A stretch of 64,000 nt of DNA, taken from the NCBI RefSeq assembly GCF_001447785.1, contig NW_015175988.1, positions 328,833 to 392,832 on the forward strand, in the 5' to 3' direction. The position numbers were made by a program, and so were the translations under genes. Positions 1 to 13,093 of this stretch are shown in pieces. Source of the stretch: Gekko japonicus. Taxonomy: Eukaryota. Each line of letters opens with the position of its first letter. Within the stretch, counting starts at the first letter, position 1. A model generated the notes under the pieces. It saw only the letters and a program-made list of their open reading frames with translations. It ran no database searches and had not been told where the DNA came from.

Positions 1-199
1 CCGTTTGCTGCGCCCCCGATCCGTCCCTCTCCTGGCCCAAAACCTCTCGTGTGACCGGGGCCATTGTTAACTTTATTGGTTCCTTTGTCCAGGGGAAACT
101 GCACACTGAAGTGATCTTAATTATTGTAGCTGGGTTTCTCTCCACAGTGACCATACAATTTAGCAGGCAGTATGGACTAAACACATGAAGTTGCCTTGT

Positions 200-390
200 A
201 ATGTGTCAGATCATAGAACTGTCAAGGTCAGACGTGTCTACTTAGACTGGCAGTGGCTCCCCAGGGTCTTGGGTAGACATCTTCCACACCACCTACTATC
301 TGATCCTTTTAACTGGAGAGGCCATGGATTGAACATGGGACTTTCTATGTACAAAACAGATGCTGTACCACAGAGCCATGGGCTCTCCCC
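200..390 (-). mobile_element. Degenerate tRNA-derived SINE (same family as 26347-26553)
   Basis: Reverse-complement similarity to 26347-26553 (gtctacttagactggcagtggctccccaggg...cttccacaccacctac). Boundaries approximate. Confidence 0.55.
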
Positions 391-1734
391 AGAACGTGCC
401 CATGTTCTAGGTTTTCAAGACTAATGTTGGAACCCCAAATAGTAAGAATGAAAAAGGGAAGGAAAACTCTGGATAATCTTAGCTGGATTGTAGCATTCAG
501 GCATGCAAATATAGTCCAGGCATCTGCAACGCCTGTTAGAATCGCAACAATTCCCCCATTTTATAAAATATGGGGATGGACTCCAGGACTGAGCCTGCTG
601 GATCCCCACCCCGCTCACCTGTCAATGTGTGGTTGCCCCTAGGGCGTATGTCTCTGGAGGTGGGGTATGGGAAAGAAGTTCACTCTTCCCTTTGGGTGTA
701 AGTGCTAAGTGCCCCCCTCTGTGGTAGCAGGTGCATTCTCTGTGCATTCCCAACCATGAGTGTACATGTCAGAGCCCCTCAGAGACCAAGTCCTGTGGTG
801 TATTCCCTATAATCTGAACTATGCTGATTTGGTTTTGTGTAGTGCCTGAGCATGGGTGGGGGAGGTCCTGTCGGCATGGGGGAGTCTGTGGTTGGGTACA
901 GGGGTTGGGGCTGGCTGTCATCAGGGAGTAACATGATTGGCCGTGGCTGTATAGGAAGGTCCACGCTTGTGGGGGGACATTTTACCTTTTCTGTTGCATT
1001 GGCTACATTGCAGTTTTTCCTGGCATGATTTTACAATTGTTGGGGGGGGGGATTCCAAGTCTGGGGCAGCCTAGGGACTAACTAACCCCTGCCCCACCTG
1101 CAGGCCCTCTCCACTGTCAGCACAGAGGTTTGCTTTGGCAGGGGGCTGCAGCATTGTTGTGCCAGCGCCCCGTCTCAGCATAGCAGCAGCGGTGCACTAC
1201 GCCAGCATATCTCCAAGACACACTGGCGCAACAGCTGGTTGGCTCTCTGGTTCCCCCCCTCCCTTAGGAATGCACTGTTTTGCAGGTTGCTTAGATGTTG
1301 CTTCCAGCTTGGTAAGTAGATTATATTCGATTTCCCCAAATGTGTGTGTTTTAATTATATCCCTAGGCTAAATTTGCACCGAAACCTAAATAAGCATAAA
1401 AATTATGAGGGAATACTCCAGGCTTGCAGCCTTCAAAGTTTTCACCCATAGCTGAGTACATACCATAAATACCTCTGTGTCTGTCCTCTTTCTCTGAATT
1501 GGAATTCTGTTTTTGTTTTTTTGGGTGTTTTTTTAAAAATTTAAGTCTCTCTGGCTACAATTTTACACAAGCTGAAAACTAAAACTACAAGGCACCTGTC
1601 AGCAGTGAATGTGACTTACAGAGAGCTGCAGTGTTCAGATGACTGGAGAATGCTGTGCAGCATTCCCAGATTCAAGAAGTTATTTCTGCAAGCTGAAGAC
1701 ACTGGAGAATGGCATAGTTCTGTCAAGGAGAATT

Positions 1735-2175
1735 TTTTTTTTTCCCCACATAGGATTTCAGATGCTGTAGCACATTAGGCAAACCACCTGCTTTTTCCCC
1801 CAGGAAGGAAAGCTGGGGAAAGAAAAACTTGCCCAGAATGAGAAGAGGAAATAATATTTCACTTTCAGTCCATATTGTAATGCTTTCCAGGGGTCATTTC
1901 GTAGAAAAAGAGCTAGGGGAACTCATTAGCATAACTCATTAGCATATGCCACACCCCCTTTTTTTCCCCACATAGGATTTCAGATGCTGTAGCACATTAG
2001 GCAAACCACCTGCTTTTTCCCCCAGGAAGGAAAGCTGGGGAAAGAAAAACTTGCCCTTTGAAGAGAAGAGGAAATAATATTTCACTTTCAGTCCATATTG
2101 TAATGCTTTCCAGGGGTCATTTCGTAGAAAAAGAGCTAGGGGAACTCATTAGCATAACTCATTAGCATATGCCAC
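1735..2175. repeat. ~223-bp tandem duplication; copy 1 ends inside the left end of the hAT MITE
   Basis: ttttccccacataggatttcagatg...catatgccacac occurs at ~1735-1958 and ~1959-2175, with one small block of differences (cccagaatgag vs ccctttgaagag). Confidence 0.9.
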
Positions 2176-2453
2176 ACACCCTGACATCAGGGGCCCGGCG
2201 GTGGACCTGCAAGGCCAGCGGGAGTGCGAGGAAGCCCCGCCAAGGCCCTCCCTGGCCCCAGGCAGGCAGGGGTGGGGAGAGGCGGGGAGGAAGCAACTTA
2301 CCCTCCCTCTTCTCCTGCCTCCTCCTGGCTAAATGAGGGCTGGAAGCGGGGCGGCTGGAAGCAGGGGGCGGGGCTTCATCATGTGCCCCACCCCCCTGCA
2401 CCTCACCCGGGGGAACTGCGTTTCCCCGCGTTCCCCCCCCGAAATGACCTCTG
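2111..2453 (+). mobile_element. Non-autonomous hAT MITE (CAGGGGTCATTTC TIR family)
   Basis: TIRs caggggtcatttc / gaaatgacctctg; 8-bp TSD ATGCTTTC at 2103-2110 and 2454-2461. Confidence 0.85.
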
Positions 2454-2729
2454 ATGCTTTCTAATTCTTGGTGATATTTCATAGCTCACTCGAAACAAAT
2501 GTGACCACATGGGTGCTCTGCTGAACTCTACGGCAAAATGGTTCGGTGCAAGTACACTGACTGCTTCCCTTCCCATGTTTACTCAGGAGCAAATTTCACT
2601 GAGTTCAATAAGGTTTACTCCCAAGTAAGATTGCACAGAATATCAACTACACTTCTGGCAGACATCCTTGGGTACAAACAATGCAGGACCCTGCTTTGAA
2701 GATTTATTGCCCTATTTCAGTACTTCATT

Positions 2730-2881
2730 GGCTGCTGCCACACACGCTAAGTAATCCACTTTCAATCCACTTTCAGTGCACTTTCAAAGTGGAGTTTTTC
2801 TGTGTGAACTGGCAAAATCCACTTTGAAAGTGCACTGAAAGTGGATTGAAAGTGGATTACTTAGCGTCAGTGGCAGCAGCC
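2730..2881. mobile_element. Palindromic MITE, PIF/Harbinger-like
   Basis: 152-bp near-perfect inverted repeat ggctgctgccac...gtggcagcagcc; 3-bp TSD ATT. Confidence 0.8.
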
Positions 2882-5541
2882 ATTGTTATCTATATTGCTA
2901 ATTCTCAGCATCTCCCCATGTGTAGATACTTAAATTGGGAGACTGGGGACATGAAGAGACAAGACAGATCTTCTTACAAATCTCAAAAAGCCCATGGTTT
3001 GCAGAAAATTTTTAAATCTTAAAAAAAAATAATTCTGAGGTCTAAGAAACCCCCAAATAATAGAAACATACTTGTAGCTTTAAGAAATTAGTGCCCTCTT
3101 AGTGGCCATTATGGCCACTGCTAGGCAACCACAACAGTATTGCCATCCTTCAAGCCTTGGTTTTTGTTAGTAAGAGGCAGGGAGCAGGACCTTTTCCAGG
3201 CTGTTTTGGCCTTTGAGGAAGGATTTTTCAGAGCCAGGCCTGTCAGCAACCATCAGGTGACTTTCTAACACCTGATTTGCATGACTTACCCAGGATTAGC
3301 TGCTTGCTACTGTTCAGCAGCAGCTACCCCATAAGAGCCGGCATGGTGCAGTGGTTAGAGTTTTGGATTAGGATCTGGGAGGCCCAGATGTGAATCCCCA
3401 CTCTGCCATAGAAAATCAGCAATTACTCAAATAGTGCACTAGAGTGTTTGGGAAAACTGTAACTGTGAATAAACTAAAAACTTCTCATTAGCCTGATATA
3501 TAAGATCAAAATTCTGTGTTTGTACTAGTTTTACCTCAGTAATTCCAACCCCTGATTTCACCTGACCTTTCCCTTTGATGTTAAATGAAACCTTTTATTA
3601 TTTATGAATTTTAGAAATGTCTCAAGTGCCATTTTCAAGGGTTTAAGGGTGATTCTATCCATTCCCTCAAGTTCCTGGGCTGAGCAAATAGCCTAAATAT
3701 ATCTTATTCACAGAGTGGGACAACTGAAGTTTCCTCAAGAGAGAAGAAAACACATTACTAGGGCTGCTCAGTCAGTGAGGGGACAGAAAAAGCAGGGAAA
3801 ATCTAGCCTCTGAGGGAGGGAAGGAAGGGGCCCATCATAACAACACTGTTTATCTATCTGGATGAAGGCCCTCATGCGTGGACCTTAGGTCTCGGGTCCC
3901 CCAGTTGAACCCTGCAAGGATTTTGGCTGGTGAATCTTTGACCAACTGAAGTTTTATGTAATGAATGTTTTGTGTTACAACTCAGGATTGGGATATTGAT
4001 TTCATTTTCATGGCAAAAAGTTAATGTTCTTGTTAAAGCAGCTAAAGACAAGATCAGCCTTTCAGTTACATTTCATCATTTTCTTGGGGCAAAGTTTGAG
4101 AAGTCCTGTTAGGAGACCAGTAGAACCTTAAGATCACCTTTTTTAATCTTTAGAAAACCTTTAAACAGCTGATCAAATCTTTTCTGTGGATTCTAATTCT
4201 TTACTAAAATATAGCTATGGATAAGAGCCCCTGAGGATGGAATAAGGTATATTTATATAGATATAGAATGGAAGAGAAGGAGACAGGCATTTGGCCTGAG
4301 GATTCCACACGCCAATTAAATCTTAGCCTTTGAATCTGGTTTAAGCTCTTTGAAGCTCAACTGAAAATTCATCCATTTTAACTTAGTTGATTAATTACCT
4401 GTAATTTAAAATATGAATGGAAGCTATGCTCAGTCACCCCCTCCTCTTTCTCCAGTGCTCTTTTTAGAATGTGAAATGGTTCTAATCTTACGCATCTCAT
4501 GTATGCATGCATACCAGAATTGTCTTAAAACTGGTGCTTGGCCAACACAAGTTAAATGCTTCTGAAGTTTTTTGGCAGTGGGCAACTAATGCAGGATGAG
4601 TTCACAGTTGTTACAGCTAGGAGCTGTTCCTTGTAGAACACAGGTGCTCACAGTGGTGGTGATTTTAATATGAACTCTGAATCCAGGCAACAAGCCGGCT
4701 TCCAAACAGCACAACTCAGCAGTCAGTTGCTAAAAGAAAGAACAGTGGGTTCTAGAGTCTGCATCCCTTAATTTTCTGGCTAGTTAATCCTTTCCTAGCC
4801 CTTTACTATAATAGTAAATGCCATTGACCATCTTAGACAAACATTCTGAGCTAGAGTATTGTGGTCAGTCTGCTGGGGCCAAGGATGGCTATACCAGGAT
4901 CTAGAGGCAGACCTTTCAGTTCAGGGTCCTTGAACTCAGTGACTCAAGCTGGAGCCTGATGTGCAAGCAGATGTTCTGCTCTGTTGACTAGGCATTGCAC
5001 GTCAAAGGCTCCTGATATTTAGATCAGGGGCTGGCCAGTTCAGAGGCTTCATACTGCCTGCTTCCCAAGTTGGTGTTTCACAGCCCTTGCTCTCTCCTGT
5101 GCCTAAAGGAGGCTGTAAGATCTGAGCACATGAGGCCCAGAGAGGGTGGCTAGACTCCGGCCAGGGTTCCTTGTTCAAGGCCCCAGAGTTCTTGATGATC
5201 CTTGATTGAAACTATAAGATCCTGAAGGCAAACTGTATACAAGCCAGTAGGGGCTAGCTTGTCATGTCAAGTTACTGCTGTTTTGGGGGGGGAACAGAGG
5301 GAAAGTAGAAAATATAGCTTCTTGAAGAGCTACAGAACATAACATGAGATGATAATATACATTTTTATTCCTACTTTTATCCAAGAAGCCCAGGGCACAT
5401 CGTTTTTCTCTCCGCTACTGTATTCTCACAGTGACCATGAGAGGTAGGTTAGACTAACTGCCCTGAGGTTGCCCAGAGAATATCTTAACTTGGGGGGGGG
5501 CAGGGAGGGGTTGAACCTAGTCTCAATCCAACACTCTAACC

Positions 5542-6082
5542 TAGGGGTGTCAAACTCATTTGTTATGAGCGCCAGATCTGACATAAATGAGACCTTGTTG
5601 GGCCGGGCCATGTGTGTCATAAAATGTAATGCCAGGTAGCGGAGATATAAACTTTATAAAGGACACAAACACAAAGATTTTTTTTTACTTAAAATAAAAA
5701 CATGCGTAAAACATTAGCACTATTGCAATATTTTGTTTATTTAACAGTATCTGATAACTGACAGCTCTTGTTCTGAATTATTGCATCAAAATGTCTGTGC
5801 TGTTGCAATCTTGAGTATGCTGTCCAAGTGTGTATCTGTAAGCTGCAAACCTACTTTCGATTTATTGACATTCACCATAGAAATCTCATGCTCAGAGTTC
5901 TGAGTCTAGGACCCAGGTTAAAACATGAAATGGCTGAGCGAGTGAGAGAGTCTGGTGAAGCAAGCTATGATGCAGCAGCAGCAGCAGAACTGGAAGCAGG
6001 AGATGGCCAGTTCCACTGTGGGCCTAATAGAAGCCCTCCAGGGGCGTAATCCGGCCCCCGGGCCACATGTTTGACACCCATG
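5542..6082 (+). mobile_element. hAT (Charlie/Buster-like) MITE inserted into a minus-strand SINE
   Basis: TIRs aggggtgtcaaac / gtttgacacccatg; TSD CTCTAACC / CTCTCACC; homologous to 20056-20491. Confidence 0.8.
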
Positions 6083-6811
6083 CTCTCACCGAAACACCCA
6101 CACTAGGTCTCAAATAGGACTCTATGGGAATAGATCTAGCATATATTAGTCATGCATGAAAGCTGTTCATGAGCGTGAGAAGACTTGGTCAGGCCATAGG
6201 AGACCCTTTGATGTTTTACGTCATAGGAGATTCCTATCTTTGTGGCCAAAAAGAGAAGATAACTGCTCGTGAATCCAGGGAGAAAGAAATGGAGGAGCCG
6301 AGGAGCAGGATAAGAACCTTTGTTCATAATTGGCTGCTCTCTTTCCGACCTTCAGCTCAACTTTAGTATTCATTTATTGGCAAAGGTCATTTGTAAACAG
6401 TTACATAATTTCAAGGGTGGGGAATTGTTGTTTTCGCTGTTAAACTGCTGTGAGAAGATGGACCCGGAATAAAATAAGCATCCAAATATGTGTTACATTA
6501 TTACTGGAAAGCTCCATCCCTTAAAGCCCCAATAAGTGAGGCACAAGAAATGTCTCATACTTCTGGAAGCATCCATGAGAATCTGAAAGCAAAGCTTCTC
6601 AACTGCCTTGTTTGCTTCCTCGTTGCAAAATGAAGACAAGAAATTTTACGTACGCTCTCCCGTGTCTTGTGGGGATTGTCTTGCCATTTGGAAAGCCCTT
6701 GTTTATATGAAAACAGCAACCATCAATCAATTAGTCTGTTCAAAGGGTAAACACTGTTCTGTTTTACAAAATATCTGGGGATGTTTTTTTCAGCAAAATA
6801 CAGTTTATAAT

Positions 6812-7056
6812 AAGGATGCCAGCCTCCAAGTGTGACCTGGGGATTGCCCAGAATTAGAGTTTAGCTCCAGACTACAGATATCAATTCCCCTGGAGAAAAT
6901 GGATGTTTTGGAAGATGGACTCTATGGCATTGTACCCCACTGAGGTCCCTGTGGCCCCCAGGCTCCATCCCCAAACCTTCAGGAGTCTCCCAACCTGGAT
7001 CTGACAACATTACCCCCCATCCCCTCGCCAGTGGCCAGGGGGACCTGGCAACCCTA
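6812..7056 (+). mobile_element. hAT-like MITE of the abundant TAGGGTTGCCA...TGGCAACCCTA family
   Basis: Same termini and interior (cccctggagaaaatgg) as copies at ~10256-10493, 22897-23118, 30435-30690, 33397-33614, 45134-45355 and 45492-45705. Confidence 0.7.
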
Positions 7057-7915
7057 GGTTATGATTTCATACTTGAAACTTCCATGCCATTTTGTAGCTG
7101 CATGTAGAAACTTCAGCATTTAAGCAAAACTGTATTTATATATAGAAAGTTGACGGTATTGAAGTCATGTGTAAGAACTTTGCTTGCAAAAGCTTTCAGG
7201 ACCCTTTCCTCAAACTAATTAAAATCAAAGGTTTTCCCTCTGTCATGTAGTTAACTAAGGTAGAGAATGATGACATTGCATAGGTGTTTATACTATGTTT
7301 TGTTGGCTCACTAAAAGAAAAGAATTGCCTAAGCTTGCAAATATGTAAATAATATCCCACCATTTTAGCCACGGCTGGGTGTGTTTCTGTAAGCTTCAGC
7401 TATTTTTCTCTCTCTGAAATAAATCCTCAGAAATATATCTGAGTGAGGCAATCATGATAAAGTATCCAAGCTGTGATTTCTAAAAAACCCAATCACGTAA
7501 AAATGCAATTACCAGTAAACCTCTCCCTCTGCCTTTGTGTAAACTGAAAGGGCAATTCTACCCAAAACAAAAGTTGTCGTCTTAGGTTTGCCTCTTCACA
7601 CATGGGCATGTTTTTATACTGTAAGGAAAGATCTCCCAACTATTCCAGACTTAACAGGATTTTAGTGATACTGCAGCATCTTATTATTGGTGTGCATATT
7701 AGAAACGTATATATGTATCATGGGCTGGATCCAGCAGTCAACTTGCACAATGACTGCCGGTCTTCAATCAAGGACTGCTAATCCTCCCCATTTTCTTCTC
7801 CCCCTCGCAGTCATTTCTGACCTGGGAAAGGTGATTTCTGGAGTTACAGATCTCACATGGTGTAATAGCCACACAGGTTGGTGAGAGGGGAACGAAATGA
7901 CTTCCTCCTACCTCT

Positions 7916-8190
7916 GAGAGCCAGTTTGGTGTAGCAGTTAGGAGTGCAGACTCTAATCTGGGAGAACCGGGTTTGATTCCCCACTCCTCCAAATGCACCT
8001 GCTGGTGTGACTTTGGGTCAGTCACAAGTTATTTCAGAGCTGTTCTCTCAAGAGCAGTTCTGGAAAGAGCTCTCTCAGCCCCACGTAGCTCACAGGGTGT
8101 CTGTTGTGGGGAGAGGAAGGGAAGGAGATTGTAAACTGCTCTGAGTCTCCGAGTGAATAGTGGGGTATAAATCCAATCTCTTCTTCTCTT
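7916..8190 (+). mobile_element. tRNA-derived SINE (Squam3-like)
   Basis: A-box-like tggtgtagcagtt, B-box-like ggtttgattccc, 3' end ggggtataaatccaatctcttcttct; further copies at 27945-28226 (-), 38478-38770 (+), 61201-61390 (+). Confidence 0.8.
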
Positions 8191-8381
8191 CCATCAGTAG
8201 TGGTCCACTTAAGGAAGAGTCAGGAAGGGTGATTTTGCACCCTACCCACTCCACACTGCAGCCTACCAACCTGTATGGCTATTACAACTTTCCCAGGGTC
8301 AGAAATGGCTGTTGGTGGAGGAGCACCTTCTGTTGATGGATCATTGAATCTGTGTTCAATTAAATGGGCATCATTAAGGTT

Positions 8382-8600
8382 TGCCCTGACCTAGATGGCC
8401 CAAGCTAGCCCAGTCTTCGCAGATCTTGGAAGCTAAGCAGGGTCGACTCTGGGTAGCATTTGAATGGGAGACCTCCAAGGAATTCCAGAGTCACTATGCA
8501 AAGGGAGGCAATGGCAAACCACCTTTCTTAGTCTCTTACCTCGGAAACCCTACAAGGTTACCATAAATCAGCTGCAACTTGACAGTACTTGACATACATT
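8382..8600 (+). mobile_element. 5S rRNA-derived SINE
   Basis: Contains the 5S internal-promoter segment gatcttggaagctaagcagggtc...atgggagacc, followed by a non-5S tail ggcaatggcaaaccacc...ccataa. Confidence 0.75.
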
Positions 8601-9813
8601 ACGGTTAGATGGCTGAGTGCTGAATTTAGACAACGGTGTCCCAGATTGAAATACCCACTTGTTCATGAAGTTCACTGGGTGATGTTACTTCGTTTACTTC
8701 TCATCCTAAACTAATTTGCAGGGTCACGAGGATGGCTCCCTGGAGCGCCACAAAGGAAGAATGGCATATAAATGTGATAAACAAACATGCCGTGTTATAC
8801 AAAATTGCCCCCCTCAGGCTGCATTCAGATGTCACGACAAACTGTGGTTTGATTATGCCCGCCCCCTGATCCAGCTCACAGAAAATTAATGAGGTATTCC
8901 TTATTAAAATCAGAGAAAGACTGAAGATGGAATCAGAAGTAAGTCTTGCTTTCTGTCATTCTCCGTACTGGTACAGAGAAATCACCAGGACTTTTGCTGC
9001 TTCATTTGCTAAACTGTTCCACAGTCCAGTAGCTCTCCCTGTGAGGAAGCTGAACTGAACTTGCATTGAACCAATCCGTCTTTACTTTTGGGTTCAGAAA
9101 AGTTCAATTCACACTGATTTGTTTGGCTTTAATTTCCATCTGCGTCTCACTTCCTGATGTCAAGCCAATAGGAAAAACATGATAAGGCTACAAGACAAGA
9201 CCCCCTTTTAATGGCATTTCTAGATTAGTCCAAAACTAGAAGGCTCAGGAAATTGCGTGTGGGACCTTCATGTCGCTCAGTTCTTCCTCTGATTCCTTGC
9301 CACAGAGGAGAGGGCGTGCTTCAAATAAACACCAGAATGTGAATTTACTTATCTAAATCCAACCTTTTGAAGGTCAGCCATGTATGTTCTCCAGGGCATG
9401 GAGGAGCCAAACCAAACTTGTTAGTTGTTATAAAACTAAAATTTTATGAGGTCCGTTTCAATAACTGAGGATGTTTATTCTTTTTCTTCCAATGGGGATG
9501 GGAACTGGGAACAAATCAGTTTTTGTCTCTGTCCAATTTGATTCAATCTTTGAAAAAGAAAGAAAACCTGCTATCTTGGTAATAGCCCAGAAGGATTTTT
9601 CTACTCCAAATATCTTGGGGGGTTCTTTCCCTTCACCCAAGAATTCTGGGGAAAGTTACAACTGGAGAAAGTATAGCAGATGGAGTAGATCTCTGATGAG
9701 AGAAAAAAGCTGTTCTTTCAGCAGCTAAAACAAACACACCATTTAGTTCTTCACAGAATCCTTTCTTTAAAGGTTTAGGGAGCCCACCTTTTAACAGCTA
9801 TGATTGTTAAATG

Positions 9814-10228
9814 CAGGGGTCATTTCGTAGAAAAAGAGGTGCAGGAGCTGATTAGCATAACTCATTTGCATAACATTTGCATATGCCACGCCCCCTGACA
9901 TCACCGGACGTGTGTCAGAAGGCAACACCCACCGCTTAGGCTCCGCTGGACTGTTTTGGATTGCTAGCTATTGGGGGGAGGGGAAACGTGCAGATCTGTC
10001 CTCGCAGAGGAGGGAGAGCTTGTACCTGAATAAAACTTGGTCTCAAAGGTGCCACTGGACTGTTTTGGACCGGGGGGCCGGGGGGGGCTCTGCAACTTAC
10101 CTGGCTGCTTCTTGCTCTGACTGAGGGCTGCTGGGAGCAGGGGGCGGGGCTTGTTGCATGTGCCCGCCCTCTGGGCTCTTTACTGCCGGAGCTCCGCTCC
10201 TGTGCGCTCCTGCAGGAAATGACCCCTG
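9814..10228 (+). mobile_element. hAT MITE (CAGGGGTCATTTC family) with octamer-rich left end
   Basis: TIRs caggggtcatttc / gaaatgacccctg; perfect 8-bp TSD GTTAAATG. Confidence 0.9.
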
Positions 10229-10656
10229 GTTAAATGTGTGATATTATTAGTGGTTAGGGATGCCAGTCTCCAGGTGGGACCTGGGAATTCCCCAGAATTA
10301 CAGCTCATCTACAGAGATCAGCTCCCCTGAAAAAAATGGATGCTTTGAAGGGTGGACTCTATGGCAATGTACTGCTCTGAGGTCCCTGTCCTCTCCAGGC
10401 TCCACCTTCAAATCTCCAGGAGTTTCTCAGCCTGGATATGGCAATTCTACTACCCCATTCCCCATTGGTGGCTAGGGGGACCTGGCAACCCTATTAGTAG
10501 GTGTATTTATAAAAACATAAGATCAGACCAGTGGTTTAGCTAGGCCAGCATCCTGTTTCAAACAGTGGCCAATGAGGTGCTCTGGAGGGCCAAAAACAGG
10601 GTACAGAAGCCAAAGTCTCCCCCAATGGTGCCTCCTAGCACGGATATTCAGAGATT

Positions 10657-10820
10657 GCCCCGACCTGGATAGCCCAGGCTAGTCCAGTCCTGTCAGCTCT
10701 CGGAAGCTAAGCAGGGTTGGCCTTGGTTAGTATTTGGAAGGGCAACCTCCAAGGAATACCAGGGTTGTGATGCAGAGGCAGGCAATGGCAAACCACCTCT
10801 GAAACATCTCTTGCCTTTAA
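10657..10820 (+). mobile_element. 5S rRNA-derived SINE
   Basis: ctcggaagctaagcagggttggccttggttagtatttgga matches 5S rRNA; same tail as 8382-8600. Confidence 0.75.
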
Positions 10821-11624
10821 AAAAAAAAGTCCCTTGCCACCTAGTGATGCATAACGCTAAAAGAGCTAGAACTTCTGTCTGCCAAACAATCTTAGGATCT
10901 CCTAACTATCCTACACACAGTGCTATACGGTAATTATTATTAATTATTATCCAGAGCTTGTCTACCTCTAGGTGGGGAGGTTGCCATTTATCATTTTGGC
11001 ATAAGAATGTGTGTATGTATGTACTGCACTTTATGCTTCTCCCAGACACTTTTCTGTTCTGGGAGACCAAGGCCATACGTGCTGGGTTTCGGTGGTTTCT
11101 GCAGATTGGGGCCAGTTCTCCTCCAAAATGGCTCAAGCAGCCACCGACGTGCAATGAGGAGGGGCCGCTGGTATACCACTGGAGCTCAGCTTGATGCCTG
11201 CTAGAGGCAGTGTGGTAGAGGTGATGGACATGCCTTGCACCCATCATTATCCCCAGGAGCCATGCTCATTCCAGCTGGGTCCAAGGTGAGCTCTTGAGAA
11301 GCTGGCAGCCCTTCAGAGGCTTGGCTTCCTCCCAGTTGGTGGTGCCAGAGGAGACATGACTTACATCTGTCATTGCCTCCTGGGTCTGTGCTGCTGCCGG
11401 CTGAGTCTGACGCAAGTTCCTGAGCTGCATGCAGCACTGCTGGGGTTCAGCTTGCTTCCACTCCAGGAACAGGTGATGGGCATACCCTACAGTTCTCATT
11501 GCCTCCTGACTTGTGCCACTGTGGGACAGGTCCAAGTAGAATCTCTGGAGCTCTGCTAGCATCGGGTGGCAAAATACCTTGAACCAACCCTGCTTCAGAT
11601 AATCCTCTGGGGCAAGATCCTAGA

Positions 11625-11768
11625 CCAGTGGTGGCGAACCTATGGCACGGGTGCCAGAGGTGGCATTCAGAGCCCTCTCTGTGGGCATGCGTGCCATTGC
11701 CCCAGCCAGGCCCAGACCATCATTAAAGTGTCGAATTCTCTGCCAAATAATTTTAAGTAAATGAAAGC
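11625..11768 (+). mobile_element. Left end of a hAT (Charlie-like) element cut off by an assembly gap
   Basis: Terminus cagtggtggcgaacctatggcacg, followed by gap 11769-12111. Confidence 0.55.
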
Positions 11769-12193
11769 NNNNNNNNNNNNNNNNNNNNNNNNNNNNNNNN
11801 NNNNNNNNNNNNNNNNNNNNNNNNNNNNNNNNNNNNNNNNNNNNNNNNNNNNNNNNNNNNNNNNNNNNNNNNNNNNNNNNNNNNNNNNNNNNNNNNNNNN
11901 NNNNNNNNNNNNNNNNNNNNNNNNNNNNNNNNNNNNNNNNNNNNNNNNNNNNNNNNNNNNNNNNNNNNNNNNNNNNNNNNNNNNNNNNNNNNNNNNNNNN
12001 NNNNNNNNNNNNNNNNNNNNNNNNNNNNNNNNNNNNNNNNNNNNNNNNNNNNNNNNNNNNNNNNNNNNNNNNNNNNNNNNNNNNNNNNNNNNNNNNNNNN
12101 NNNNNNNNNNNGAGAATGTGCAGTTCTGGCGGAGAGGAGAGTGGGCACAAGTCATTTGGATTGCAAAATTATGAACAGAGAGGGAACTATGGA

Positions 12194-12449
12194 GTCTTTG
12201 AAGATTACTACTGTCGCCTAGCGTGAATTGGACAAAAAACCCAGAATTTGCACCTTTCTCAGTCCATTTGGGTCTCCACACCCTTCTAAGTCCTAATATA
12301 GGTTCCCAAACTTATTTGGCCTACCACGTCTTTGAAGATTACTACTGTTGCCTAGCCTGAATTGGACAAAACCTCCAGAATTTGCACCTTTCTCAGTCCA
12401 TTGGGGTCTCCACACCCTTCTAAGTTCCTAAACTTATTTGGCCTACCAC
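12194..12449. repeat. Diverged tandem duplication (~134 and ~122 bp)
   Basis: gtctttgaagattactactg...cttatttggcctaccac at 12194-12327 and 12328-12449, with several substitutions and an indel. Confidence 0.9.
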
Positions 12450-13093
12450 CAAAAGGCTGCTTTAGATAGGTTTTGGACTCTTCTTTCTTTATGCTTCCAC
12501 CACCCCCTTCTTTGTATTCAACACCCCCCAATTGCACCCAAGGCTCTGACCGCCCACCTGGATCATTCCAGCATTCCCAGACCATCAGATGTGATGGAAG
12601 CAGTCTCACTAACTCCCATTGGCTGGATAGGCAGAACCAGGACACCTCCCCCTGCCCTTTTCCAGAGGCTTGGCTTAGTAGACATCCATCCCTGTCTTCC
12701 CCATGATGGTGGAACCAGTGGATGTAACACTGCTTGGGATTGCCCAGTAAGGACCGTTCTTCATTAAGTGGCAAAAGAATGGAGAAAGGCTTGGTGTGGA
12801 GGGTTCTGGATGTCCAGTAACAGAAGGGAGAAAGGGAAGCTTTGTAGAATTCTCCAAGATGATGAAGAAGTTTCAAATTGATTACCAAACTGTTGTTTTG
12901 TCTTGATCTACATTTAAAACAGGTAGGCTTGATCACCTATTGGTGCAGCTTACCTCCTCTTGAGCACGGAAGCAGAATATTCAATATCAGCATCCAGGCA
13001 ACATGAATGTGTTTGGTTGCAGGGAAAACAATGACTGCACATGCACAATTACATAGAATCATAGAATCACAGAGTTGGAAAGGGCCATACAAG

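Noticed and set aside
10690-10760. 5S rRNA gene
   Set aside because: Partial, diverged, fused to a SINE tail and dispersed; not a functional 5S gene.
11620-12281. Long X-containing ORFs (also at 24.0, 29.9, 40.6 and 46.2 kb)
   Set aside because: Artefacts of reading through N gaps.
12352-12936. 194-aa ORF and a nearby minus-strand GTAAG donor at ~12950
   Set aside because: No recognisable domain; the ORF runs into a tandem duplication, and the implied intron (~46 nt) is too short for a vertebrate.
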